DNA of 64,000 bases from Cyanophora paradoxa CCMP329 (GCA_004431415.1 QPMI01000596.1:1-64000), one strand, 5' to 3'. Shown: positions 10,254 to 23,800, counted from the stretch's first letter. Numbers and translations are program-made. Notes: generated from the sequence alone by a model not told the origin.

Positions 10254-13200
10254 TTCACGAAGACGACTTCACGCTAATCTCGACGGGCGGCGCCGACCTG
10301 TGCGTGATGCAGTGGAAGCACACATGGACGGGTATGCCACGGGACGAGGAGGAGGAGGACACAGAGATGCGCGTCAACTACAACACGGAGATGCAGAGCG
10401 GTGCCGACGACTTTGCAATTGGCATCGATGAGGGCAAGGACGAGCAGTTCGGCGCCGTCAAGCCGTGGGTCGGCACCATCAACGCCCTTGTACCGGATAG
10501 CTTCATGCCCGACCCGAAGCTGAAGCAGCCGCCGACCGACGAGCTGACGCTCGAATTTGTGCACGGGTACGCGCACACGACGCCCGCCACAACCTCTTCT
10601 ATCTCGGCCCGAAGGACGACGGGAACGCGAGCGAGATCGTGTACCACGCCGCGGCACTCGGCATCGTGTATGACAAGGGAACGCACACGCAGAAGTTCTT
10701 CCAGGGGCACGACACAACATTCTCTCGCTGGCCCTGCACCCCGACGGCCACACAATCGCGACGGGCCAGGTCGGCAGGAAGGCGCCAATCAACATCTGGG
10801 ACGCGCGGATCCCCGAGAAGCCGATCGCGACGCTCCAGGGCCACCAGCGGGGCGTGCCGTGCCTCTCCTTCAGTCGCGACGGGGCTCATCTCGTGTCGGT
10901 CGGCCTGGACGACAACCACATGGTCATCGTGTGGGACTGGAAGGCCAAGAAGAAGCTGGGCGAGAACAAGGGCGGGCCCGACCGCGTCTTCAACGTCGAC
11001 TGCAGCCCGCACGCCGACGGCGAGTTCATCACGACTGGCGCCAAGCACATCAAGTTCTGGAGCGGAGGGCCCGCCAGGCCTGCCGGCAAGCTCGGCTCGG
11101 TCAAGGGCAAGGGCATGACCGACCAGAAGGCCTACCACGCCGTCGCCTGGCTTGACGCCTGTGCGCCGATCCCTCTCGCCTGCCGTGCGCGCGCCCTGAC
11201 TGACCGATCGTGACCGCCACGGCCGTCCATGCGCCGCAGCGACGGTGGTGGCGGGCACGACGGACGGCGCGCTGTACAAGTTCGTGGGCGGCACGGCCAC
11301 AGAGGCGATCCCGCGCACGAGGGCCCCGTCTTCGCCTGCACGTCACGCCCGATGGCTCCAAGGTCTGATTTCGTGAATTTCGGCCGCCGCGTTTAGCTTC
11401 AATCGCTGAAAAAAGGGCGCGCAGCTGCTCTCGGGTGGCAAGGACGGCGCGATCTGCGTCTTCGCAACGCAGGACCTGGGCTCGGGCTCGACCCCTGCGA
11501 AGCGCATCGACCTGAACAAGCAGCTCTCGTCCGACCCGACGGCCTCCGTCACGGCGCTGGCCCCCGCACTGCGGGCACTCAGCGTGAAGGGCAACAAGTG
11601 CTTGGCGGGCCTCATGAGCTCGACAATCGTCGAGGTGGACATCCGCTCGGGCTCCGTCTCGACGCTTCTCGCGGCGCACGGCGCCTCAGGTACCCGCATG
11701 GGTAAGGCCGCCGACTACCAGGGCGAGATCTGGGGCCTTGGCATCGTGCGCCCGCCTTTCCCTCCCGGCCCACTCCTGTCCCGTCCGCATCAGACAGGCC
11801 TCCGGATCCGCCGGCGCCGCGCAGCACCCGAGCAAGAACGAATACGTCACGTGCTCGGACGATTGCCTGCTCCGGTTCTGGGACGTGGCGAGCCGCAAGT
11901 GCACCAAGGCGATAAGGCTAGAGGCGCCAGGCCGCTCGGCGTGCTTCTCGCCGGACGGCGCCCACGTTGCCGTCGGGCTTTACACGGGCGATCTGGAGGT
12001 CTTCGACGCGCGGCGGGGCGAGCGGATTTGCAAGCGGCCGACGGGCGCCGGCAAGATCGCCAAGGAGGAGCTGGGCGAGCTAAAATACAGCCCGGACGGC
12101 AAGTACCTTGCCGTCGGCTCGAGTGACAACGGCATCTACGTCTTCTCCGTCGTCAAGGACTACAAGCTCGCCGGGCGCTGCAAGGGCCACTCGTCGTACG
12201 TGCGGCACCTCGACTGGAATGAGGGCAGCACGGCCATCCAGAGCGACTGCGGCGCCTACGAGCTGCTCTTCTGGTCCATCCCCTCCTGCAAGCAGAACTC
12301 GAAAGCCAGTTCCTTCAAGAACGAGAAGTGGGCCACGCAATCCTGCGTCATCGGCTGGCCCGTCCAGGGTGCGCCACGCCGCATCTCCCGTCCCCTCCTC
12401 CCTCCCCCCCCCCCCCCCCCCCTTCGAATCCCCCCTAGGCCTCCTCCCCCCTTCCCCCGAGAAGTCCGAGCTCACCCGAAGCCGTATGCAGGCGTCTTCG
12501 AGCCCGGGATGGACGGGCTCGACGTCAAGTCCGTTGACCGCTCGAACAACGGGAAGCTGCTCGCCATCGCACCAACTTCCGCTATGTGGCTCTGGCGCAG
12601 TACCCCTGCCTCACCGACGACGTGCGCCCGTTCAGACGCGCTCGCCTCGGAGTCAACGGCGCTGATGGCGCCTCACAGAGCCAGCGGAAAAAGTACAAGG
12701 GCCACTCGGAACACGTGACGAACGTGCGCTGGACGCCGCGGGACGATTACCTCATCTCGACCGGCGGCGCCGACCTCTGCGTCATGCAGTGGAGTCGGCT
12801 AAAGGGTGACCGCACCTCTTCGCAATTGGATGCCGAGTCTCAGCGGGCTACTTCGCAAATCGGTTTTTCCGGATCCGGACCCGGTACCGGTGCTGCAAAT
12901 CGGGTCTTAAGCTTTGAAAGTGAGCTCCAGCCCATTCAGTCTTTCTCAAAGGCCGCATTTGAATTCGACGGCCCGCAGCCATAGACGACAGCTGGATCTC
13001 CACTGAGGGCAGGCTGAGCCTGGCGAACGAGGGGCGGACGGAGTGGCCAACGGCGAAGATCGCGGCGGCGGGCCCCGAGAACATTAGAGTGCTCGACCTC
13101 AGCAGAAACCAGCTCACGAGCATCCCGGGGGCGGAGCTCGCCAAGCTGACGAACCTGGAGGTGCTGCGGTTGGACAACAACAAGTTGACGGCGCTGCCGC

Positions 13201-14990
13201 CCGAGATCGGCCGCCTCGCGACGTTGAAGGAGCTGTACGTGCGCGACAACCAGCTGACGGTGCTGCCGCCGGAGATCGGCCGCCTCGCCGCCCTGGAGGC
13301 GCTGAGCGTGATCGACAACAAGCTGGCGGCGCTGCCGCCGGAGATCGGCCGCCTCGCCGCCCTGAAGGAGCTGGGCGTGAGCGGCAACCAGCTGACAGCG
13401 CTGCCGCCGGAGATTGGCTGCCTCGCGGCATTGAAGAAGCTGGACGTGGGCGGCAATCAGCTTACAGCGCTGCCACCGGAGATAGGGCAACTGACGAATC
13501 TGCAGGAGATGGATGTGAGCAGTAACCAGCTGACGACGCTGCCGCCGGAGGCTGGGCGCCTCGCCGCCCTGCAGTGGCTGAACGTGGGCAGCAACCAGCT
13601 AGAACAGTTGCCGTCGGGAATATGGGAGCTCGCACAACTGCAAAAGCTGTACGCGAACGGCAACCAACTGAAGGCGCTGCCACCGGAGATTGGGCGCCTG
13701 AAGCGTTTGCAACAGCTGTGCGTGGATTTCAACCAGCTGAACGCGTTGCCGCCGGAGATCGGGCACCTCGCGGCCCTGCGGGAGTTGAGCGTGAGCAACA
13801 ATGAGCTAATAACGCTGCCTCCGGAGATGGGGCGCCTCGAGAACCTGGAGCAGCTGTATCTGAAGGCCAACCCCCTCACGGCCATGCCCCAGCACACTCG
13901 GGAATCTGGGCCCTCCGCCCTCGCGCACCTTCGCGCCCTCGCCCTCGCTGTTGACGTCGCGCCGAGCTCGAGCTCTTCTGCACCTCAGCACCCTATCCCG
14001 CAACAGACATCTGCAAACGAAAAGGAGTGGGACTGCTTTGTGAGGTGCGCGGCTGCCAGTTCTTTCGAATTCCCAAAAGTTACTCGCAATCGTGCCCTGA
14101 CACGTACCTGTACATATATATGAATGTACATGTACATTACAGTTACGCTCACGTTGATTCGGAGCGCGTGATGCGCTTTGTTGATCGTATTTCCAAAGAA
14201 GGCTTTTCCGTCTGGTGCGTAGCCCATGGCCAATATTAATTGCAATATCTGTATATAGACGTTAACAGTTTCCTGACTATCGCATAGGACCGATCTGATG
14301 CTTCTACCGGGACGCAACTGGGCCAAAGTACGATCTGCCCTCGCGATCGCTCCTACGAATTTTATCCATCCCTCACGATCACACGTTTGCCGCCAGGACA
14401 TTGCCATTGCAATTGCTCGGAGCCGCACCTTCCTCCTATTCATCTCTCCCGCGTACCTCGCATCCGTGAATTGTATGGACGAGCTCGAGGTAAATCATTG
14501 CTCTTCGAATTCCAAATCTATATATATATATAGTTTGGATCATTCCAATCATTGCAAAGTTTGGATATATATATGCATATGCATGCACCTCTCTTCGAAT
14601 TCTGACGCGCATGCACGTGCAGTACGCGCACCAAGTTGTTCGTCCTCGCCCTGCAAAATACCCCATCTGGCTCTGCCCGGAAAAATCCGTGAAGGTTGAA
14701 GAAGACATGAGCATGTACGTATTTGTATATATATAAAATATAATATACACATGATCTCTACCTTAATATAAATGTTGCCACCCATCTGATCGATATCGCG
14801 ATCGACATTCGCAGGATGCTGGTTCGAGCCAACTGGGCGCGTCCCTTCTTCTTCACCCCAGCTATAAAAATCTCCTCCTGTCTTCTCGCTGACTGCGCCT
14901 CTTCTATAATCGCAGGTGACACAGCAGGTTGAGGCAGAGGCGATTGACTTCCTCATCCGCGGTCTCCGGAAGAACCTCCGTGGCTTGTAA
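10254..14990 (+). CDS. EML (EMAP-like, HELP/WD40) protein 3' part fused to an LRR array and a TIR domain; multi-exon, 5' part outside the window
   Basis: LISTGGADLCVMQW twice, LTLEFVHGY (HELP motif), GHSSYVRHLDW, YKGHSEHVTNVRW. In-frame intron 12920-12978 joins to ~12 LRRs (LxxLxVxxNQLTALPPEIG). TIR exons: DCFVSYAHVD...GFSVWTD...PGRNWAKDIAIAIARSRTFLLFISPAYLASVNCMDELEYA. Stop at 14988-14990. A few single-base frameshifts in the EML exons. Confidence 0.85.
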
Positions 14991-16499
14991 CATGAAGGCT
15001 TACGACTCGCGATCACAAGGCTTTCACTCTCGTAGTTCTCCCGGGTCCCGTTTTCGCTCTCGTGGTTCTCCCGTTTTGTTTGAGTTTCTGAGCTAGTGGG
15101 GAATCAATGAATTCGAAGATTGGCGAACCCCACGGGCCCTTGAAAAGGTGACTAGAACCTCTTCGGATCAAGGCTCCTGAACTATCCCAGAGACCCCACA
15201 ATGAAATAACAAAGCACCAACCTCGGGCTTCCCAAGAGCAGCGAACTGCCCGTCCCAGTTATGGCCGTGCTTCCCAACCAAGCCAGGGAAGTCGGCCGCA
15301 AAGGGCGGAGTCTTGTTATTGACAGAAGATCCCTTGGAGTCTGACATTTTGAGCCTAAAAACGCGGGTTTTGATCAGCACCAAGATTCACAAGAATCAGG
15401 GGAAGGGATCGTAGGAATCAGACTCAGGGCACCAGATGAACGTGAAGTGCCTCAGGTGGTGAACGCGTCGACACCGAGCTCGCTGCAGCTTTGCAGCGAT
15501 CCGGTGCGCTCCTTAAAGTGAGCCCGAGCTGCGAAATCTGCCGGTTTAAGATTTGGCCCAATCATCCGACCGGGGTACACCCTTCAATTACCCGTCGCCC
15601 GAAAAAGACGTCCGGCGACCAATCACCACGCTGGGTTTCAGCCAATGGTCACGCACTGATTCCGATCCTAGTGAGGCTGCAGCCTGCAGCTGCAGCCTGC
15701 GACCGGCAGCTGCTGCAGAGGCTGCCACGTGCAAGACCTGGCACTGCGGTCAGCCGCCGCAGTGCCGCCGTAGACCGGCGCTGCCCGGTAGTACTCGACG
15801 ACTACCTGCTGGCCATGTAGCTCGATGCTGATAGATACGCCGTTACCCTCGATGCCGTTATCAATCTCGAGACTCGAGGATCGGAGTCTGCACCAGCTTC
15901 AAGCCGACTCGAGCTTATCAGGCTCGTAAAGATAATTGCGTCTATTTGTTTTTTTGGTGAATTACCGGCCACAGTCTCTAGACACCAGCACTGCGGGGGC
16001 TGCCCAGTCTAGCTTCTTGAGCTAGTTAGCTATATTAGTGCACGCATAGTATTCCGATTCTCTGTGCCACGTTGTGGCCTACCCATACCCGTTGCTGCCT
16101 GGCTTAAACCCTAGGCTAGCCTACGCGGTAGTACTGCGTGCAACGCCAAACCTTCGAAAGCTTCACACCTCGATTATTCCGTACGTGAGGCTTGATAACT
16201 GAAATATAATATTCAGTCGAAAAAGCAATCCGGGTACGGCCATACGGCCTTAACACCCTTCAATTTCATTTATCTACGCCCTTCGCGCGCCATTTGTGGC
16301 CTAGACGTCGACGTTGACCATACCATTTCTTTGCATGATCGCTGAATCGCTCTACGGTCTTTAAATTTCATATTAATAGCCACGTTCTCTCTAGATCTGA
16401 ACTCAAACTCTACGAGAGCGGTCTGATCATGACCTGCCTTGGCCTCGGGGGCCGAAACCGGACCCAGAGTGCAGAAGCGTACGCAACACGAGCTTCTGC

Positions 16500-19110
16500 C
16501 CTCGCATAACGTCACCTCTGCGACCGCTACTCCCCGGGGCCCGGGGGGAAGACGAGGAGCAGGGGGAGGAGGAGGAGGAGGGGGGCCCCGCGGCCCGCCC
16601 CTTCCAACGCTTCTCCCTACCCCCCCGCCCCTCCCCCCACCCGTTACTCCCGAGCCCTCTTCCCCGTTCTTTTCAGGTACCCGATCGCGAGGAGGTCGTC
16701 TCGTCGGCTGGGTCCCGCTCCGGATCCGCCGCCGCCCCGGCCCGGGGTGGTGGCGGCTCTGGAGTCGGCCCTGTCCCCGCAGACCCCCGGGGCCCCCTCC
16801 GAGGTCCGTTTCCCCCGCTTCGTCCGCGTTTCCCGCTTTTTTAGAGCTGTCTAACCAATCCGAACAGCCGGCGAAGTCGCCCAAGACCCCCGGCGCTGCT
16901 TCCGAGGTCCGAACCCGCGCTCCTACCCCCCTCCCGCCGTCCTTTCGTCCGCTTGACGTCACGCTCGCTTCAGGCCTCCGCGGGCGCCGCGTCCCCTGCG
17001 CACGCCCCCGCCCCGCCCCAGGTCCGCCGCCCTTCCCCCTATCCCCTCCGTCCCCGAGTGATTTTCGGCGCAGGAGCTGTTCCCCGACGCCGGCCCGGCG
17101 GCGGCGCCGGCGCCGCGGCCCGCGCCGGCCGCCCGTGCGTTCGACGAGAGCCAGGACGAGTCCATACAGGTCATCTATTTTAAGACCAGATCGAATCTTA
17201 TCGGGAGAGCCTGAGGGGGCTTCTTTTTCGCCGCAGGAGTCGATGGAGTCTCTGCCGGCCGAGCCGCCCGTCCGCACCTCCGCAGGCCCCTCCCGCCAGG
17301 AGCTCGCCGAGCGCGTCGCCGCGGTACCCCCTTCCCTCTCTGATTTTGGAGCACGGTTCTGAGGGGTACGCGCGCTTTCGTTCGGCAGGCGCTGGAGGCG
17401 CAGCTCCTCCGCGAGACCGCCACGGGTACCCGGGCCGAATGGGGGGGAGGAAAGGGGGTAGACTCTGACTTTCGGCGCAGTCATGTACGTGAAGGTCTGC
17501 GAGGTGCACCACCCGGAGGCCGTACCCAATTTTTTGCAAGTCCCGCCGCCACGCCGGTTCGAATCCCTCCGGTACGACAAAAAGGCGTGGGGATCTCATT
17601 TCTCGTACCCCCGCAGGGTCTTCGGGGCCCTCGTCCCCTGGCGATGCCCCCTCTTCCCCCGCCTCTTCCGTCGCCTCCTCCCTCGCTTCCCCCCCCGCCC
17701 GCGGCGCCCCGCCCTCGGCGCCCACCCCGGAGCCCCCCTCCCCGCCCTCGGCGTCCCCCGAGCCCGCGCACCCGTCCCCGGGCCGGGCGGAGGCGAAAGA
17801 AGGGGCGACGCCGTCCGCCCCCGCGCTGCCCTCGCTCCCCGGGCAGAAGCCCAAGCCCCAGTCCGCGCCGGTATCCCCCGGCATGCCCCAGTCCTCCCTC
17901 CTCCGCTCCGCCGTCCGAACCGACTCCGAACACGCGTCCGCCTTCCTCCGAAACGTGCGCTCGTCGTACCCCTCGCCGGCCCCATTTCTTCTTCCCCCGG
18001 CCCCGCTCAACCCGCGCGCCGCAGCTGCTGGCCTCTCCCGCGCCGGCGGCGGCCGGCGGGGTACGGTGGCGTCGCGCCTGCGGCAGGCGCTGGAGAGGGG
18101 TCTACCCCCGCGGCCGAGAGCCTGGCGGCGTTCCTGTCGGACGGCGCGTTCGACGCGGCGCAGCGGCAGACGGCGCGGGAGGAGGAGGGCGGGCCGGGGC
18201 GGACGCCGCCGCGCAGCGCGCCGCCGACCGCCTTCTCTACGACGCCGCCCGCGCTGCCGTCCTCGAGATGCTGGGCGGCAAGGCCGCCGGGCCCTCCCCT
18301 GGGGCCCCGCATCCCTCCCCCCGCCGCCGGGCGCGGCCGGGCCGCACGGCCTCGCTCCCGCCCCTCCCCGCCAAGCCAGACCGCCCTCGCCGCCCTCGCC
18401 GGCCCCCGCAGCGCCGCCCCCGCCGCCACCCTCCGCGCCTCCGCGTACCGGTACCCCCCGTCCCCATCTCCCTCCACCTCCCATCGCCGAGTACCCCCGC
18501 AGGCCGCCGCCGGGCGCGAAGGACGCGGACGTGTCGGCCGAGCTCCAGCGGCGCGTGGCTGCGCTGCTCGACGGGGCGCCGGCGCCGGCGCCGGCGCCGG
18601 CCGCCGCAGCTTCGGCCGCCCGGGCGCCCCCCATACCCCTCGCGAGCGAGGGCCCCGCCTTCGGCGCAGCCGTCGACGTCGACGCCGCCATCCGCGAGGT
18701 CAGATCAGATCCGACCCGATCTGATCTAATCTGATCTGATCTGACCTGATCTGAGCACAGGACGCGGCGGACGAGGAGGAGTGGGAAGACACGGCGCTGG
18801 ACGCGGCCGCCGTGCAGGTCCGGGCCCCACCCCAGGCCACGCGCTCTAGATCTAGATTGAGCGCAGCCGCGAGCGCCGAGAAGCTAGAGCCTTTCATGCT
18901 CTTCGATGCGAACCGCTCCTAGATCATGCACTATAGCTAGTACTAGCAAGCCTTTCTAACTCTAGCGGCCTTTCCTGCCCGGCCGGGGTGCCGCTCGAGC
19001 GTTCTAGCTATAGTTTACATTTAGCCGAGCGCTGACGCGGCGCGGGCCGGGGCAGGCGGACTCGGGAGGTGGCGGAAGCGGTGCTGGAGGCGGCGGTGGC
19101 GGACCTATCA
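16500..19110 (+). CDS. Possible DUF4378-domain (CEP350/TRM-like C-terminus) protein, multi-exon; boundaries uncertain
   Basis: Exon peptides DRLLYDAARAAVLEML, VDVDAAIRE|DAADEEEWEDTALDAAAVQ and EVAEAVLEAAVAD resemble the DUF4378 pattern; host-type splice sites are present. Confidence 0.35.
18700..18755. repeat. (GATCT)n microsatellite in an intron
   Basis: Visible pentamer run; same unit at 58751-58805. Confidence 0.85.
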
Positions 19111-20890
19111 CCGAAAACCATGGCTCCCCCACTCAGGCGAACCTCCCATATTGAGCGACCCATGGCCGGCACCTAGCTAGCACCTTCGGCTAGATAGATG
19201 ACCGGTCGGAAGGGCGCGTCACGTAGAACATTGATACATGTGCCGTGGTGTATCAATGCGACGTCCACTTTTGCAAAAAAAAAGGCGGCGGTGGCGGACA
19301 CGGCGCGGGCGCTCGCCGCGCTCGCCGCCCGCCGCCGCGCCCGCCGCGCCATCGGCCGCGCCCGGCCGGCAGCTGCAGGTAGCTAGATCGGCGGCCAAGC
19401 GGGCGCGCTCGGCGCGGGGTTGGCGCCACTCGCCGCCCGCCGCCGCGCCCGCCGATCTATCGGCCGCGGCCGCCCCGGCAAGTAAGGTAGCTGCAGCTGG
19501 ATGCAATTGCTGTGCGCGCGGGTACAATGAAATTCACACGGATGGGGGTACCAGTGTGCTGAAGCCTCCAAGCTTGCGGAGCGGACCGAGCGCCGAGCGG
19601 TACCGGACCACCGGGACCAGTACTACCGCCAGTCTCAGGCTACCGGTAACGTACGCGTTATACCGAACTTATACGTTAACTTCGCGGTAAGTCGGCGGTA
19701 ACCGGTTGAACTGGGGACGAAGCGGCCAGAATGGAACGAAGCTTGGATGGATCGATATCTTTGATTGTCTCGGAATTTGGGAGTCGGAAATAATTTAACA
19801 CACTGACAGAAGAATTGTCACGGACTCACCGCGAGTGACCCCCCAGTGGCCCCACTGAGTCGGCAGTGACTCGGCAGAGAGTCGGCACTGACCCGATCGC
19901 GAGTACTACCGGTACCGTAGTCACGCCGCACGCGGGCGGCGCGCGCGGCCGCCGGCGGGCCCGGCCGGCGGGCGGACGTCACTGGATGAGTTTTCATCAC
20001 ATTCAGGATGATTCAGCACATTCATGAGTTGACTGGCACAGTCACTGATCAATGATCATGAGTCTGGCAGTGAGCTGCGGAGCCTGCGGAGTCAGTGCGG
20101 ACCTGCTCGGTTGCTGGTACCGGGTAGGCTATAGCTAGTAGTAGCTTCCATTGGAGCTTGGAAAATAACTGCCAGTTAAAGCTATATATATACATTAATA
20201 TTTAGATTATATATTGAATTCGAATTCGAACAAAGGCAATTAATTAAATTCCGTCGACGTCGACGTCGACGTCGGTCCGCCGCCGAACTTCGGAACCGCC
20301 GACCGTCCGACGGTCGGACTCGCGGGACGCGGGCCGGGGCGCCGCGGCCGCCGCCGGCGCCGGCCGGCGCCGCGCCGGCCCGGCGGCCCCGCCGGCCCGG
20401 CGGGCCGGCGCCAGCGCCAGAGTCGGCCGGACGCAACTTGGCAATTGTAATTGCAATTTGCAACGGGCGGGGTAGTATATTTAACTATGTTACCATAGTA
20501 CATGCACAGGAAGCAGCTAGCCATCGCCCATAGGGCGCGGCGCTGGTGCGCGCGCGCGCTTCTCGCAGCGGCGTTCGCCCCCTTACGTCTCTGAGAGAGT
20601 CTACTAGCTCCATATATAGCCGGGCAGCGGTTTCTTTTCACGTGTACGGAGCCACGAATCTTCGGCCGCAGCGCTGCGTGTACGTAGGCCGGCGAGGCGC
20701 GTAATCATTGCGCTCCCCGCGGCCCACGGCGGGCGCTGGCATCGAGGCTCAGCGGCTGGAGGCGGCAGCAGCTCGCTGTAGGCCGGCCCATGGCTGAAGC
20801 GCGACGAGTCTATCAGCACACCGAAGCGTCCTTGCGCCGCACCGTTGCATTTTAGCGGAGCAGCGCGCTGCGGGGCGGCCTCCTGGAAGC

Positions 20891-23800
20891 ATGATTGCGT
20901 CTTTAGGTCCGGCGCCCGAGGTGCCTAAGGGCCGCGGGAGGCTGCAGCCGCTGGCGGTCTCCTTTGTTCCCCAGACGCTGCTGGAGTACACGGCCGGCCG
21001 GCCGCGGACGGAACCCGTGCCCGGCTGCTCCTGCAGCTTCCGCAACGCCGCTCCCACCGAGAATGAGGCCGCCGAGCCGGTCGTGGAGCACAGAGCGTAC
21101 GACGCCGGTGCGCACGGGCGGGGCCCACCGCGCAGCGCCGCGCGCCGCGCGCCGCGGCTGAGCCGCAGCGGGCGCGCAGTGCTGCTGGTCGCCGATCTTT
21201 CCGGCTTCTCGGCGCTCTCCTCGCGCCTCGCGCTGGAGGGCGAGCTCCCAGGTCATAGCACCCCGCCGGGGTCGGCGAGCCCCGTGCCGGGAGAGGACGG
21301 CCGCCGCCGTGAGCGGCAGCGTTGGGCGGTGCGCCTCACGCCGCCCCGCGCCGCTGCGCCGCTGACGAGTTCGCCCAAATCGAATCGAAGGCGGACGAGC
21401 TTTCGAAGCGGGTGAACGCCACAATGGAGGCCATGCTCAACACTGCCGCCGGCTTCGGAATGGCGCGCGGCCGCGCGCGGCACGCTGCGCCACGGCCGTT
21501 CCTAACGCCTCGCGCGCCGCAGGACGCCGTCAAGTTCGCAGGAGACGCGGTGACTTTCATGCGGCGGTACGGCGGGCCGGAGAGGAGCGGCGTCGCGGGC
21601 GGAGGGGCCGACGAGGCCGTGCGGGAGGCAGTGGAATGCGCGCTGCGACTGCTCCAAGAGGTGCAGGAGAACCCGGATTTCAGGTGCCCTCGCCGCTGCC
21701 CCGCGCTGTGCGCCCCGCGCCCCGCCGCCGGCCCCCCGACCGCGGCCCGTCCCGCAGCCTCCACTGCGCCCTCGGCATGGGCCGCGTCGTCGAGGCGCAT
21801 CTCGGTACCCCCCAGCGGAAGGAGCTCGTGCTCTTGGGCGCCCCGGTGCATGAGGTCTCGGTCGGCGTATCCCTCTCCAAGGCGGGACAGATCGCCGTAC
21901 CCGCCTCCATGATTGCCCTGCTCTCGGGGGGGCACCAGCCCGTGCCGTCCCGGCCCCTCGGCGACGGGGCGTACCACATTGTCGAGCTGAGCGAGGCGCG
22001 CCCCTACCCCCGCCCCGCCCCGCCCCGCCCCGCTCCGCCCCGGCCGGCGCTGACGTGACCCGCGCGCGCGCGCCTTCCGCAGGCAATGAAGGCCGAGCCG
22101 TTGGGCGGGGACGGGCTCGCCATGCTGGGGGCGCCCCGAAAGGGCTCCGGCGACAGCGTGAACCGCCGGGCCTCGGACCCCTGGCTGGGACGGTGCGGCG
22201 GCCCCGGCCCCCGCCCACACCGAACTTCCAGGGAGAAGCGGCGGCCAAACGCGACGAGGCTGGTCTAGACGCCCACATCGAACTTCCTTCCGAAGCGGAG
22301 CGGCCGCTTGAGAGAGCCGAGAGGAAGCGTCGGCACGCTAGAAACCATCGCACAGCCTTGCACAGCAGGGCCCCGCTAGACGCCACGTTTTAGCCGCGTC
22401 GCGCCGCGCCTCTCCGCCTCGCCTCGCCTCGCCGGCAACACCAGCTTCGACTTGACCCCGCGCTGACCCCGCGCGGCGGCAGATGCGGGGCGTGCATGGA
22501 GGCGGCGCTCAGGCCGTACCTGCCCGTCGAGGCTCTACCCCTCCTGAGAAGGTGCCCGGGAATAGACTGCCCGCCCTAAATCAAAACGCCATAGCCAGCG
22601 CCGCCTGCGTCGCGGCATCTCGCTCGCGCCTTGGCCTAGCAGTCACAGACAAGCAAGCGAGCAAGCAAGCAGAGCAGAGCAGAGCGGGTGGCCTCAGTCT
22701 GACGATCGCGCGCTCGCTCTCAGCGGCCCGTCGCTGCGGATGTGGGCGGAGATCCGCCCCGTCAGCGCCGCCTTCTTCCAACTGCCGCTCGCCTTCGACG
22801 CCGCCCGCGACTCCGAGGTGCTTATAAGCTATAGGAAGTCCTATAATGAGAGTCCAACTACTTGAAAGGCTCAAGTTCTAGGGGCTCTATAACAACAATA
22901 ATGATAAGAAGTTCCCGAGTGTCTCGAATCTATCTGCAAGTCTATCTAAGAGTCTTGCTGAGATCCGAGAAATCGCTCTGCGCCCGAGTCGCCCTTTGCG
23001 TGCCGCTCACCCCGCCCCGCCCCGCCGCCCCGCCCATAATAGCAATGATGATAACGAGTTCTTGAGCGCCTTGAATCTAGCTCTACAAGACTATCTAAGA
23101 GTCCAGCACTGCGCCTGCGCCTGAGTCGCCCTGTGCGTGCCGCTCACCCCGCCCCGCCCCGCCGCCCCGCCCCGCGCGCAGGTCGACGCGGCAGCCCTCA
23201 CGAGACTCGACGAGTGCCTCAAGGCGAGCCGCTTTGTCCCTTTTGTATTAACGATAGAATAAGTTCTTGAGTGCCTTAAATCTATCTCTATAAGTCTAGA
23301 TCTATCATAGAGATTCGACGAGTGCCTCAGGGCGCGCCCGCCCCTCTGTCCCTTTGACTTCGCCCAAGCTCCTCTCTCTCATTTAACGTCGGCCTCCGCC
23401 TCGCACTCCTCCTCTCTCGCAGGCGGTTATCACGGCGGTGGAGGACACGGACGGTGCCTTCCGCTCCTTCCTCGTCGACGACAAGGGCGCCTCCGTGCGC
23501 CCCTTTCCACACCATAGAATATTAACGCAATTACATAGCATACTAAAGATCCTAGCAAGATCATTACATTGGATCCTAGATCCTAGATCCTAGCAAGAAA
23601 GCCTGCGCCCGCTCTAGCGTTTCTTTCCCGCAATTCGTGTTTGGCACAATTCCTCGCGCAATCCGCTGACGCTAGGATCATCGCTAGAACCTAAATCCTA
23701 GATCCTATAGCTAGCTAGATTCCATGTCGTAGATTCCATCGCCAGAGCCCAGATCCTAGCAAGAAAGCCCGCGCTCCTCATCAGGATGCCACCACCGTAA

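Noticed and set aside
13089-13900. 69-bp periodic repeats as a CRISPR-like array
   Set aside because: They are coding LRR units with no unique spacers.
15013-15831. ORFs downstream of the TIR gene
   Set aside because: No recognisable domain or consistent splice pattern.
19590-20130. GACT/AGTC-rich and palindromic tract as a MITE
   Set aside because: Resembles the hAT-like MITE interior, but I could not define TIRs or a TSD.
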